Origin: Alphaproteobacteria bacterium
GTDB taxonomy: Bacteria; Pseudomonadota; Alphaproteobacteria; Bin95
Assembly: GCA_964291285.2 (NCBI GenBank)
Contig: OZ219787.1
Coordinates: 1,088,001 to 1,152,000 of the forward strand
Reading direction: 5' to 3'
DNA length: 64,000 nucleotides
Shown: positions 52,181 through 62,889 of the stretch, piece by piece
Layout of the letters: the number at the start of each line of letters is the position of its first letter
Numbering within the stretch: the first letter of the stretch is position 1
Notes under the pieces: model-generated
The model's database searches: none
What the model was told of the DNA's origin: nothing
The model's input: the letters and a program-made list of their open reading frames with translations, nothing else
Program-made: the position numbers and the translations under genes

Positions 52181-52375
52181 GTTGCCGGGGTGGCCTCTGC
52201 CTTCGCGAGGGCAGGCGGTTGCGGGCCGTGCGATGCAATGCCGACGCCACAGGCGTGTGAAGCCGGCAGGGGCCGGGGCGGCGAGGAGTACGCCGACCGG
52301 ATAGCCGTGGACTCGTTCCGGGGGTGTCCGGGCATGACGGAGGACCCTGCATCGGGGCAATTTCCGGACGGTCTC

Positions 52376-52792
52376 TCAGGGCGCGGGCGCGTAGGGATCG
52401 TAGGAGCCGAAATTCCAGAGATGCCCCTCCGGGTCGAGGGCGCTGTAGAGGCGGCCGCCATAGGGCTGGTCTTCCGGCGCCATCACGACCTCCGCCCCGG
52501 CGGCCGCGGCGCGGGCGTGGTGCGCGTCCACGTCGGCCACGATCAGGTAGGGGCACTGCGTCTGCCGGCCGCCGACCTCGCCGGGCGGGACCATGCGGCT
52601 GTCGTAGTCCCCGTCGCGCGCCTGGCCCAGCATCACCATGCCGTGGCCGAAGGTCAGCTGGGCGTGCTCGATCGCGCCGTCCCCGCCCTCGACGACCAGG
52701 TGGCGCTCGAAGCCGAAGGCGCGGCAGAGCCAGTCCAGCGCCGCGCGGGAATCGCGGTAGCGGAGCGTCGGAATCACGGTGGGCGTCGGCAT
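52376..52792 (-). CDS. VOC/glyoxalase (PhnB-like) family protein
   Basis: IPTLRYRD..AALDWL..AFGF, HAQL..G.GMVMLG, DQPYGGR...DPEGHLW.FG.Y. Confidence 0.9.
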   Translation of the reverse strand: MPTPTVIPTLRYRDSRAALDWLCRAFGFERHLVVEGGDGAIEHAQLTFGHGMVMLGQARDGDYDSRMVPPGEVGGRQTQCPYLIVADVDAHHARAAAAGAEVVMAPEDQPYGGRLYSALDPEGHLWNFGSYDPYAPAP

Positions 52793-52888
52793 CGGGAACC
52801 CTTCGCAAGCGGTCGGTCGCCGCCATTGGTCGCGCGCCTCCGCCCGCCGGTCAAGCCCGGCCAATAGGGGATTTATTTCTTAAATCAC

Positions 52889-52958
52889 TTGTAATTCTCC
52901 AGCCGCACACTATATTTTCTACGGGATTGCGGGTTGGAAGCGGGAACATGACTTGAAC
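52889..52958 (+). promoter_or_regulatory. Sigma70-like promoter with a downstream perfect LexA-type box
   Basis: TTGTAA-16 bp-TATATT with an AT-rich upstream tract; GAAC-atgactt-GAAC at 52944-52958. Confidence 0.45.
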
Positions 52959-53044
52959 GGGCGGGCGGTCGAGCCCCATGCAGCGGGAAGCGGAGCCGTG
53001 AAAGCGTCGGGCCGGGACGGACAGGAGAGCGACTGTGTTGTCGG

Positions 53045-54241
<1,197 letters not shown>

Positions 54242-54286
54242 TTAGGGTTGGGCTGTCACAGTCCACCTGACCGGAGGAGTACCACG

Positions 54287-55489
54287 ATGACCACCACCGA
54301 CATGATGACCCTGCGGGCGCTGTTGGAGAAGAGTTCCGACGCCGACCTGCTTCGCGAGATGATCGGGTTCACGGCCGCGCGTCTGATGGCGCTTGAGGTT
54401 GAGGGCCTTGCGGGCGCCGCGCACGGCGAGCGCTCGCCGGACCGGATCACGCAGCGCAACGGCTACCGGGACCGGGTCTGGGAGACGCGGGCCGGCACGG
54501 TCGAACTGAAGATCCCGAAGCTGCGCAAGGGGAGCTACTTCCCGGGCTTCCTTGAACCGCGGCGGATGGCGGAGAAGGCGCTGACGGCGGTGATCCAGGA
54601 GGCCTACATCAAGGGCGTATCGACCCGCTCGGTGGACGACCTGGTGCAGGCGATGGGCATGTCGGGCATCTCCAAGAGCCAGGTGTCGCGGCTGTGCGGC
54701 GAGATCGACGACAAGATCCGCGACTTCCTCGACCGGCCGCTGGAGGGCGACTGGCCGTATCTCTGGCTTGACGCGACCTATGTGAAGATGCGCGAGGCCG
54801 GGCGCGTCGTCTCGGTCGCGGTCACCATCGCGGTGGCGGTCAACGATCAGGGCCGGCGCGAGGTGCTCGGCATGGCGATCGGCGCGTCCGAGGCCGAGAC
54901 CTTCTGGACCGACTTCCTGCGCTCGCTCGCCCGCCGCGGCCTGCGCGGCGTCAAGCTGGTGATCTCCGACGACCACAAGGGCCTGAAGGCCGCCGCCACC
55001 CGCATCTTCGGCGCCACCTGGCAGAGATGCCGCGTCCACTTCATGCGCAACCTGCTCGCCCATGCCGGCAAGCAGGGCCGGCGCGTCGTCTCCGCCTTCG
55101 TCACTACCGCCTTCGCCCAGGAGGATGCAGACAGCGCCTCCGCCCAGTGGCGCCAGGTCGCCGACCAGCTCAGGCCCAAGGCGCCAAAGCTCGCCGCCAT
55201 CATGGACGAGGCCGAGCACGATGTTCTCGCCTACATGACCTTCCCGGCCGCGCACCGCGCCAAGCTGCACTCGACAAACCCGCTCGAACGCCTCCACGGC
55301 GAGATCAAGCGGCGCACAAACACCGTCGGCATCTTCCCCAACGAGGACGCCATCACCCGGCTGATCGGCGCAATCCTGCTCGAGCAGAACGATGAATGGG
55401 CAGTCCAGAGAGCCAGATACATGACGCTGGAATCCATCGCTCCCGTGAGCGACAATACAACCGTCAAGTTGCCCGCCGTGGCAGCCTGA
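54287..55489 (+). CDS. IS256 (Mutator-type) transposase
   Basis: [51 protein letters not shown]; GGAGG RBS. Confidence 0.95.
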   Translation: MTTTDMMTLRALLEKSSDADLLREMIGFTAARLMALEVEGLAGAAHGERSPDRITQRNGYRDRVWETRAGTVELKIPKLRKGSYFPGFLEPRRMAEKALTAVIQEAYIKGVSTRSVDDLVQAMGMSGISKSQVSRLCGEIDDKIRDFLDRPLEGDWPYLWLDATYVKMREAGRVVSVAVTIAVAVNDQGRREVLGMAIGASEAETFWTDFLRSLARRGLRGVKLVISDDHKGLKAAATRIFGATWQRCRVHFMRNLLAHAGKQGRRVVSAFVTTAFAQEDADSASAQWRQVADQLRPKAPKLAAIMDEAEHDVLAYMTFPAAHRAKLHSTNPLERLHGEIKRRTNTVGIFPNEDAITRLIGAILLEQNDEWAVQRARYMTLESIAPVSDNTTVKLPAVAA

Positions 55490-55816
55490 GCGTTCCGGCC
55501 CTACCCGCCGGACACCGCTACGGACGCCAGGCTCTTACACCACCCGCGGGGGCACGATCGTCCGCTCCCGCTGTTGCGACTATAGCTGCAACAACGATCC
55601 GGAGAGATACAAGGTGCGCGCGCGCGCACGGGCCGGGGTTGCGGATGTCGCACCAGGTTGCCAACGGCCGGGGCGCCCGGCCCGTACCGAAGGCCATCGG
55701 GATATCCGACCGGGTGGATAAGGGGCGGCGGCCGCCCCCTCGTCATCCCGGACGGGGCGGCGAAGGAGACGCGCGGCGCTTGCATGTTGCGCGGCGCTCG
55801 GCGACAAGGGGAGACG

Positions 55817-58800
55817 ATGGCGGAAGGGACATTCAGGGCGGCGGCCGAGGCGTATTTCGCTGGCCTCGCGCGCGTGCAGGCGTCCGGCGGCGCAACGGCT
55901 GAGCGGTCCTACTATGGGCCGCTCAACAACCTGTTGAATGCGGTCGGCCAGACTCTCAAGCCCAAGGTTTTCTGTATTCAGGAGCTTGCCGAACAAGGCG
56001 CGGGCCATCCCGATTTCGGCCTCTATGCGGCGAAGCAGGTGCGCAAGGGAGAGCCGCGCGAGGGCCAGCTTCCCGAATGCGGCGTCGTCGAGGTGAAACC
56101 CGTCGGGGACGATGCCTGGATGACGGCTGATTCGGATCAGGTCAGCCGCTATCGGGGCCGCTACCGGCTGGTGCTGGCGACCAACTTGCGGGATTTTGTG
56201 CTGGTCGGCGAAGCCGGCGCCGGCCACCCGGCGAAGCTCGAAACCTTCCGGCTGGCGGAGAGCGCGGAGGACTTCCGCTGCAAGCTGGAGACGCCGCGCG
56301 CCTTCGCAAGCGAAACGGGCGTTCGCCTCGGCGAATATCTCGCCCGCGCGCTCTCGCACCGGGCGGCGCTTGCCGAACCGAAGGACCTCGCCCGCCTGCT
56401 CGCTTCCTATGCCCGCGATGGCCTCGCGCGGGTCGAAGCGGCGGGTGATGCACCGTCTCTTGAGACTGTACGGTCGGCGCTGGAGGAAGCGCTCGGCGTG
56501 CGCTTCGAGGGCGAGAAGGGCGCGCGCTTCTTCCATTCCACGCTGGTACAGACGCTCTTCTACGGCGTCTTCTCCGCCTGGGTGCTGTGGGCGCGGCAGC
56601 GGCCCCCGCCGGCGGGCGGTTTCGACTGGCGCACCGCCGTCTGGCACTTGCGCGCGCCGGTGCTGCGGGGGCTGTTCCAGCAATTGTCCGACCCCGGCCG
56701 GTTACAGCCTCTCGGCCTCGTCGAGGTGCTGGACTGGACAGCCGCCGCGCTCGACCGCGTGGACCGGCCGGCCTTCTTCTCCCGTTTCGCCGAGGGCGAG
56801 GCGGTTCCCTATTTCTACGAACCTTTCCTGGAGGCCTTCGACCCCGCGCTCCGCAAGCAGTTGGGTGTCTGGTACACGCCCCCGGAAGTGGTCCGCTACA
56901 TGGTCGCCCGCGTGGACCGGGCGCTGAAGGACGATCTCGGCATCCCGGAAGGTCTGGCGGCGGAGAACGTCTATGTGCTGGACCCCTGCTGCGGCACCGG
57001 GGCCTATCTGGCGGAGGTGCTGCGGCGGATCGCAGCAAACTATCTCGAAGCCGGCAGAGGCGCGCTCACCGGTGTGCTGGTGCGGCGAGCGGCGACGGAG
57101 CGGGTGTTTGGCTTCGAGATTATGCCCGCCCCCTTCGTCGTCGCGCATCTTCAGGTTGGTCTGACCATGCAGGAGTTAGATGCGCCGCTCGCCGACGACG
57201 AGACCGAACGTGCTGGCGTGTTCCTCACCAATGCGCTGACCGGCTGGGAGCCTCGTACGACCAAACCGCTGCCCTTCCCGGAACTGGAGGAGGAGCGCGA
57301 CCGAGCCGAGCGGGTGAAGCGGGACACACCGATCCTCGTTGTTCTCGGCAACCCGCCCTATAACGGTTTCGCGGGCATGGCCGTCGAGGAGGAACGCGAG
57401 CTTTCGGACGCCTACCGGACGACGAAGCGGGTGCGAAAGCCTGAAGGCCAGGGCCTGAATGACCTCTATGTCCGCTTTTTCCGTATGGCGGAACGGCGCA
57501 TTGCAGAAAAGACCGGTCAGGGCGTGGTCTGCTTCATTTCCAACTACTCTTGGCTGGACGGGCTTTCCTTCACCGGCATGAGGGAGCGCTATCTCGAAGC
57601 GTTCGACGCGGTGCGGATCGACTGCCTCAACGGCGATAAATACAAGACCGGCAAGATCACTCCGGACGGCTTGCCCGATCCGAGTATCTTTTCGACCGAA
57701 GGCGATCCCGTCGGCATTCAGGTCGGCACAGCCATCACGACACTGGTGCGCAAGGCAGAGCACAAGCCGAATACCGCCGTCGAATTCCGGCATCTTTGGG
57801 GACAGGAGAAACTGGCGACCCTGATCGCAACGGCGGAGGCGGAGCCGGATGCGCTATACGGGAATGTCGAATCGATCCTGCCGCTGGGCCTTCCCTTCGT
57901 GCATGCTGAGGTGAGGGCCGACTGGTTCCAATGTCCAGCACTGCCCGATCTGTTTCCGTCATACTTTCCAGGCGTTGTTACCAACCGTGATGCTTTTCTC
58001 GTGGATACCGACCTCGACCGCTTGAAGGCAAGAATCGCCGACTATTTCGATGCGAGACTTAGCCACGAAGAGATTGCACAGCGCTATCCGGTTGCGATGA
58101 AGACCACGACGTCCATTCGACTCCGCGCCCGTGAAATTCGTGATTTGCGGGTTATGCGAGGCAAGCCAAGTGCAACCGGCTTCATTCGATATGCATTCAG
58201 GCCATTTGATAACCGATGGCTCTATTGGGAGGCAGAATCGGGCCTACTTGCTCGCCCAAGTCCAGATTACAGACCGCACGTTTTCGAGGAAAATTATTCA
58301 TTGGTTTCGCAACAGAAGCCACGCCGGGATTGGTCTCCACCCCAATTTATCTCGAATATGGGCTGCTATGATTTGATGGATCGCAATGTTTCTTGTTTTC
58401 CCGTTTGGCTTCGCGGCAACGGAATCGAGGGAGATGAAAATGGCACACGCTTCCCAAATTTGTCTCGCACCGCGCACCGCTTTCTCGACCGCTTGGGCCT
58501 CGGTGTCGAAGATCTGTTCCACCATGTCCTTGCCGTCCTGCACGATCCGGCTTACCGTGAAGCCAACGCCGGGGCGCTGCGCATGGGCTGGCCGCGTATC
58601 CCGCTGCCCGGCTGGCCGGATGGCGGAATCAAGGGCGTGGCCGAGGATTTGGCGGGGTCGGCGGCGCGCGGGCGTGACCTAGCGGCGTTGCTCGACCCCG
58701 AAACTCCCGTCCCCGGCGTGACGCAAGCGCCGCTCCGCCCGGAGATCGAGGTCATCGCCGCCGTCACAGCCATAGACGGAGGCTACATTAAAGGAGAAGA

Positions 58801-59182
58801 TTTTGCCGTAACCGCCGGTTGGGGCCATCTCGGGCAGGGCGACGCCGTAATGCCCGGCCAGGGCCGCGCCGTCGAACGCCCCTTCACCCCAGAGGAGCGC
58901 GTCACCATGGGCGATGCGCTGCCCGCGCTCGGCGAGACCACCTTCGACATATACCTCAACGCCAACGCATATTGGCGCAATGTGCCCGCCGCCGTCTGGA
59001 ACTACAAGCTGGGCGGTTATCAGGTCCTCAAGAAATGGCTCTCCTACCGCGAACGGAAGGTTCTCGGCCGCTCCCTGCGGATCGAGGAGGTGCAGGACTT
59101 TGCGGAGACAGCACGGAGAATCGGGGCCATTCTGTGCCTCGTTGACCCTGATGTCGCGACTTCAAAGTCGATCTCCGGATGA
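55817..59182 (+). CDS. Single-chain restriction-modification enzyme (type IIG / helicase-less type ISP-like)
   Basis: N-terminal GHPDFG..VVEVK nuclease motif; GVWYTP.EVV, VLDPCCGTG, GNPPY; C-terminal YKLGGYQVLKKWLSYRE as in type ISP specificity domains. Confidence 0.88.
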   Translation: MAEGTFRAAAEAYFAGLARVQASGGATAERSYYGPLNNLLNAVGQTLKPKVFCIQELAEQGAGHPDFGLYAAKQVRKGEPREGQLPECGVVEVKPVGDDAWMTADSDQVSRYRGRYRLVLATNLRDFVLVGEAGAGHPAKLETFRLAESAEDFRCKLETPRAFASETGVRLGEYLARALSHRAALAEPKDLARLLASYARDGLARVEAAGDAPSLETVRSALEEALGVRFEGEKGARFFHSTLVQTLFYGVFSAWVLWARQRPPPAGGFDWRTAVWHLRAPVLRGLFQQLSDPGRLQPLGLVEVLDWTAAALDRVDRPAFFSRFAEGEAVPYFYEPFLEAFDPALRKQLGVWYTPPEVVRYMVARVDRALKDDLGIPEGLAAENVYVLDPCCGTGAYLAEVLRRIAANYLEAGRGALTGVLVRRAATERVFGFEIMPAPFVVAHLQVGLTMQELDAPLADDETERAGVFLTNALTGWEPRTTKPLPFPELEEERDRAERVKRDTPILVVLGNPPYNGFAGMAVEEERELSDAYRTTKRVRKPEGQGLNDLYVRFFRMAERRIAEKTGQGVVCFISNYSWLDGLSFTGMRERYLEAFDAVRIDCLNGDKYKTGKITPDGLPDPSIFSTEGDPVGIQVGTAITTLVRKAEHKPNTAVEFRHLWGQEKLATLIATAEAEPDALYGNVESILPLGLPFVHAEVRADWFQCPALPDLFPSYFPGVVTNRDAFLVDTDLDRLKARIADYFDARLSHEEIAQRYPVAMKTTTSIRLRAREIRDLRVMRGKPSATGFIRYAFRPFDNRWLYWEAESGLLARPSPDYRPHVFEENYSLVSQQKPRRDWSPPQFISNMGCYDLMDRNVSCFPVWLRGNGIEGDENGTRFPNLSRTAHRFLDRLGLGVEDLFHHVLAVLHDPAYREANAGALRMGWPRIPLPGWPDGGIKGVAEDLAGSAARGRDLAALLDPETPVPGVTQAPLRPEIEVIAAVTAIDGGYIKGEDFAVTAGWGHLGQGDAVMPGQGRAVERPFTPEERVTMGDALPALGETTFDIYLNANAYWRNVPAAVWNYKLGGYQVLKKWLSYRERKVLGRSLRIEEVQDFAETARRIGAILCLVDPDVATSKSISG

Positions 59183-59205
59183 ATGAATTTAGCGATTTGT
59201 GAAGG

Positions 59206-60276
59206 ATGTCACTTATGGCTGAAAACAATACACCGAATGATCCATCAGTCTTTCTGAGAGAAATGGTGGAAGCTATGGATAGGCAGAAAAGACAAAAAAT
59301 AGAACGTTGTATTGCTCACTTGAGCACATACGAAATTCCTACTCCCAGCCATATTTGTCGGACTATAAATTCCTTGATAGGGCATGAAAGACAAAATGTG
59401 TTAAGTTATCATCCGTTTTGGAAAGAGCAAGCTTTACGTCAAGGATTGGCGTCTCTTATTCATGCTTCTCATCAAGCATCTATGGACATTTGTCGTCACG
59501 ATGCTGCGTTGGGAGAATTGGCTCGTTCGGAAAACTTCCAAGACGGCGTGGACCTTTACGTTAGTTTCCCTTCACAAAAGGATACGGTTGCTTACTGCGC
59601 ACTGGCGATGGGGGTCAAAAGCACGCTTAAAGAGATTCAAGGTCTGCGTACAGACATTTGTGATGAGTTAGGTAAGTTAGTTGATAACTTGTTCGATGAG
59701 GATATTTCGCAATTCATTCGAGAGTTAAGAAATAATCTGCTTCATGGCCGAATAGTCATTCCGCAATGGGAGATTTCGTATAGCAATGAAAAAGGAAGAA
59801 ATGCTGGTTCTATGGTGTACAATATAGAAAATCTATTGCGTTCCGGTCATTGGAACGAGGAGGCCAAAAGATACATTCTGTCTTCCCAAGATGAGAAGAT
59901 CAATTTGTCTTCAGTAATTCGCGACCACTTTAAAGTGATGAACGATTTGTACCGCTCTGTCAATAGTATGTTTTTCAAAAATATTACTCTTGTGGAGAAA
60001 GATTTCCATGACATAGAAGATACTCACAAGAAACAGGTGCGGACCCAATGGGCTAGGATATTGGTTGAACAAGCTGCGGTCGGAAAGAATCCTTACGATC
60101 ACCTCCATAGTTTCTTTGATCCTGAAACCGTGCGCGAGATATTACGTCTGCCTCCACATAGTAGGGAACAGGTGGATTTCATCATTTCATTGAAGTCTGC
60201 TGAAATTGACTGGGACGATAGACTGCGGAATACGATGTACAAAATATTCGGAGTTGCGGATTACACAGATACATAA
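59206..60276 (+). CDS. AT-rich hypothetical protein with HEPN-like RxxxxH motif
   Basis: 356-aa ORF, visibly far more AT-rich than the host; helical-looking sequence with ELRNNLLH. Confidence 0.7.
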   Translation: MSLMAENNTPNDPSVFLREMVEAMDRQKRQKIERCIAHLSTYEIPTPSHICRTINSLIGHERQNVLSYHPFWKEQALRQGLASLIHASHQASMDICRHDAALGELARSENFQDGVDLYVSFPSQKDTVAYCALAMGVKSTLKEIQGLRTDICDELGKLVDNLFDEDISQFIRELRNNLLHGRIVIPQWEISYSNEKGRNAGSMVYNIENLLRSGHWNEEAKRYILSSQDEKINLSSVIRDHFKVMNDLYRSVNSMFFKNITLVEKDFHDIEDTHKKQVRTQWARILVEQAAVGKNPYDHLHSFFDPETVREILRLPPHSREQVDFIISLKSAEIDWDDRLRNTMYKIFGVADYTDT

Positions 60277-60326
60277 TTAGTACGCCGAGCGCCCGGTCCC
60301 CGTCGTTGGCAGACGCACCGTCAGCC

Positions 60327-60644
60327 TTACGCGACCGCTCCGAGGCCGTTCCGGGCGACCAGGGTCAGCAGCTTCAGCGATGCGCCGCGGGGCCGCCTCT
60401 CGCCCCGCTCCCACTGGCTCACAAGGCCCGTCGTCACATTGAGGTGGCGGGCGAACACCGCCTGGCTCGCATTCTCCCGCAGGCGGATTTCGCGAATCCT
60501 CTCCGGCGCCATGTCCTCGACCGGCGTCAGACACATCCCGTCGAAGGCCCTCATGGTCCGCTTCGCCATGACGCCCGCCTCCGCCATGCCCTGCGCGGTC
60601 TCATGCACCGACGCCAGTACCGGGCTTCCGTATCGCCTAGCCAT
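60327..60644 (-). CDS. HigA2/YiaG-like Xre-HTH antitoxin
   Basis: SVHETA.GM, TMRAFD..CL, IR.IR....SQAVFA..LNV....VSQWERG.RRP.G.SLKLL. Confidence 0.9.
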   Translation of the reverse strand: MARRYGSPVLASVHETAQGMAEAGVMAKRTMRAFDGMCLTPVEDMAPERIREIRLRENASQAVFARHLNVTTGLVSQWERGERRPRGASLKLLTLVARNGLGAVA

Positions 60645-60906
60645 CGCAGTCCACCTCGCCGATGGTCCCGTTCTTCAGCACCGCTTCCAGACCGGGGCCG
60701 TCCAGCCCCAGCATTTCGTCCGCCAACGCCCGCAAAGCCCTGAGTTCGTCGCGCCGGAGGTTCTCCCGGTCGCTCTTCGCAAACCCGTGGACAAAAAACG
60801 CGAGTTCCCCCCGGCGCAACGGCAGGATCGCACGCACGCCCCCGGATTTGCCCCGGCCCGGCCGGGCGATGCGCTGCTTGATGACCCCGCCGCCGCCGTC
60901 CGGCAC
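60637..60906 (-). pseudogene. RelE/HigB2-like toxin, 5'-truncated
   Basis: GGGVIKQRIARPGRGKSGG.R, FFVHGFAKSDRENL; the N-terminal RIFKT...-type segment is absent and IS630 sequence lies upstream. Confidence 0.8.
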
Positions 60907-60939
60907 TACCGCCTCGGCAGTTTCCGTGCGGGGGGCCGT

Positions 60940-61159
60940 CCGTGCTTGCGAAGGGCGATGCCGCGGCGCGTGAGGAAGTTCCGTATCGCGACCCGGCTGA
61001 AGACAAGGCCGCCCGCCTCAAGCGCCCGGCGCAGCTCCGCCAGGGTGAAGCCCGGATTTTCGTCCAGGATGCCCAGAACGGCGTCGCGCGCCGCCTCGAT
61101 CTTCCACGAGCGGGTGTCGCCGCCCATCGGCCTGGGCCCCGGATGCCCCTGTTCGCGTT
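60940..61159 (-). pseudogene. IS630-family transposase N-terminal (HTH) remnant
   Basis: REQGHPGPRPMGGDTRSWKIE...ILDENPGFTLAELRRAL..GLVFSRVAIRNFLTRRGI; cut off at 61159 and no DDE domain. Confidence 0.75.
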
Positions 61160-61219
61160 TGTTAGCGACGGTTACAGAGCGCGCCTATTCGCTGACATTT
61201 TTCGGCCGGTTGCGGTTTT

Positions 61220-62092
61220 TCAGTTGATCTGTTGGTCATCGGTTTCGATTGGTTCGCCGGCTCGGTCGCGGATGAGCATGTCGTTCCAGTCCCGGTTGTC
61301 GAGTGCGGGTCGCAGCCGGACGATTCTGGTGTCGTTGCGGGCGAGGCGCCTTGCGGCGTGATCGCCGTTTGTGGTGGCGTCGTATGCACAGAAGATGAGG
61401 CGCGGGTTCCATGCCTCGATCCATTTGGGGACTTTGGTGGCGACGGCGCCGGTGGAGACGGTGGCGCATTCGGTGCGTTTTACCGGGCCGAGGTGGAGGG
61501 AGAGGATGGAGAGTGCGTCGAGGGCGTTGCCGGCCAGGATGACGGCGTGTGGCCATTCGGTCTCCCAGGACATCCAGAAGCCGCCGCCCGCGGTCGTTTT
61601 GCGGTCAGCGGTGACGGTTTCGATGCCGGTAGCCTCGCCGGCGGCGTTTCGGCGGACGAACACGGGGTTGCCGTGAGGGTCGGCATGGACCAGGCCGAGG
61701 TCGCGGCACAGGGTGACGAGCGCGTCCGCGAGGCCGCGCCGCTCGACGAGGTATCGCCGGAGGTTGGGCCAGCGGGGGTCCTTGGCCGGCGCCTGCCGGC
61801 GGCCGCCTGGGGGCATTGAGAGGTCGGACAGTTCGGCGAGGAAGTCGATGGCGTCCGGCGGGGTGCATCCGAGCGCATGGACCGCCAGTTCGATAGCCCC
61901 GGCTCCCTCCTCTGCGCGCAGATGGTCGTAGAACATGAAGCGGTTGATGGAGAGGACCGATCCTGGCCGTCTCCAGCGCACGGCATTGTCGGGATCGCTG
62001 CGGTAGCCGAGGGCTCGGGCGACGGGTTCGAGGGGATAGCCCCGCAGGCTCTCGGCCCGCACCCGCCGCTCGCGGGGGCGGGAGGGATGCAT
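61220..62092 (-). CDS. DUF3991/Toprim-like (primase-related) protein, degenerate acidic motifs
   Basis: LEPVARALGY, FYDH....GAGAIELA.H, RYLVERRGL, GLVHAD..GNPVF, ILAGNALDALS, VSTG, FCAYDA...GD.AA, RLRP...DWNDML; ATG lies 2 bp after the istB stop. Confidence 0.75.
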   Translation of the reverse strand: MHPSRPRERRVRAESLRGYPLEPVARALGYRSDPDNAVRWRRPGSVLSINRFMFYDHLRAEEGAGAIELAVHALGCTPPDAIDFLAELSDLSMPPGGRRQAPAKDPRWPNLRRYLVERRGLADALVTLCRDLGLVHADPHGNPVFVRRNAAGEATGIETVTADRKTTAGGGFWMSWETEWPHAVILAGNALDALSILSLHLGPVKRTECATVSTGAVATKVPKWIEAWNPRLIFCAYDATTNGDHAARRLARNDTRIVRLRPALDNRDWNDMLIRDRAGEPIETDDQQIN

Positions 62093-62094
62093 GG

Positions 62095-62889
62095 CTATGG
62101 CGACGGGACCGGGTTCGCCTTTCCAGTGCTTTGCCCGGCTTTCGGTCCGCGCCGGCGGCGGCGTTCGGCGCTGCGCTGCTTCTGACGTTCCTCGGCTTCC
62201 TTGCGGCGCCAGGAGTCGCCGTCGATGGCGACGATCTCGGCGTTGTGGACGAGCCGGTCGACGAGGGCGACCAGGCAGGCGGCGTTTGGGAAGGCCTCGC
62301 TCCACTCGGCGAAGGGGCGGTTCGTGGTGATTATGGTTGAGTTCTGCTGGCTGCGGCTTGAGACGATGTTGAACAGCAGGTCGGCGTGGCGGTTGGAGTA
62401 GGAGAGATATCCGACTTCGTCGATGACCAGCAGGTGCTGTCGGGCGTAGAAGCGCAGCCTGCGCTGGAGCAGGGTGTCGGAGTCGATGGCGGCGAGTTCG
62501 CCGAGCAGGCTGGCGGCGGTTGCGAAGCGCACGATGTGGCCTTCGAGGACGGCGCGGTGGGCGATATTGGCGGCGATGGTGGACTTTCCGACGCCGTTGG
62601 GTCCGACCAGTACGAGGTTTGCGGCCTCCTTGAGGAAGTCGAGGGTCATGAGGTCCTCGACGGCCATGCGGTCGCAGCGCCTTGGCCAGTCCCAGTCGAA
62701 GTCTGCGAGCGGCTTGAACTGTCCGAGGCGGGCGTCGGCGAGGCGGCGTTTGAGGCTTCGGGCGCGCTTCTCATCTTCTTCCCACGCGATCAGGGAGGCG
62801 AGCCAGTCGCGCTCCGCGACTTCGCCCCAATGGGCGAGGAGGCCGTGCAGGCCCAGCGCGCGGGCGCGGTTCATGAGGGTGTCGGTCAT
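62095..62889 (-). CDS. istB: IS21 helper ATPase IstB
   Basis: LADFDWDW, GPNGVGKS, LLVIDEVGY, IITTN, LVDRLVH, GDSWR. Confidence 0.95.
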   Translation of the reverse strand: MTDTLMNRARALGLHGLLAHWGEVAERDWLASLIAWEEDEKRARSLKRRLADARLGQFKPLADFDWDWPRRCDRMAVEDLMTLDFLKEAANLVLVGPNGVGKSTIAANIAHRAVLEGHIVRFATAASLLGELAAIDSDTLLQRRLRFYARQHLLVIDEVGYLSYSNRHADLLFNIVSSRSQQNSTIITTNRPFAEWSEAFPNAACLVALVDRLVHNAEIVAIDGDSWRRKEAEERQKQRSAERRRRRGPKAGQSTGKANPVPSP

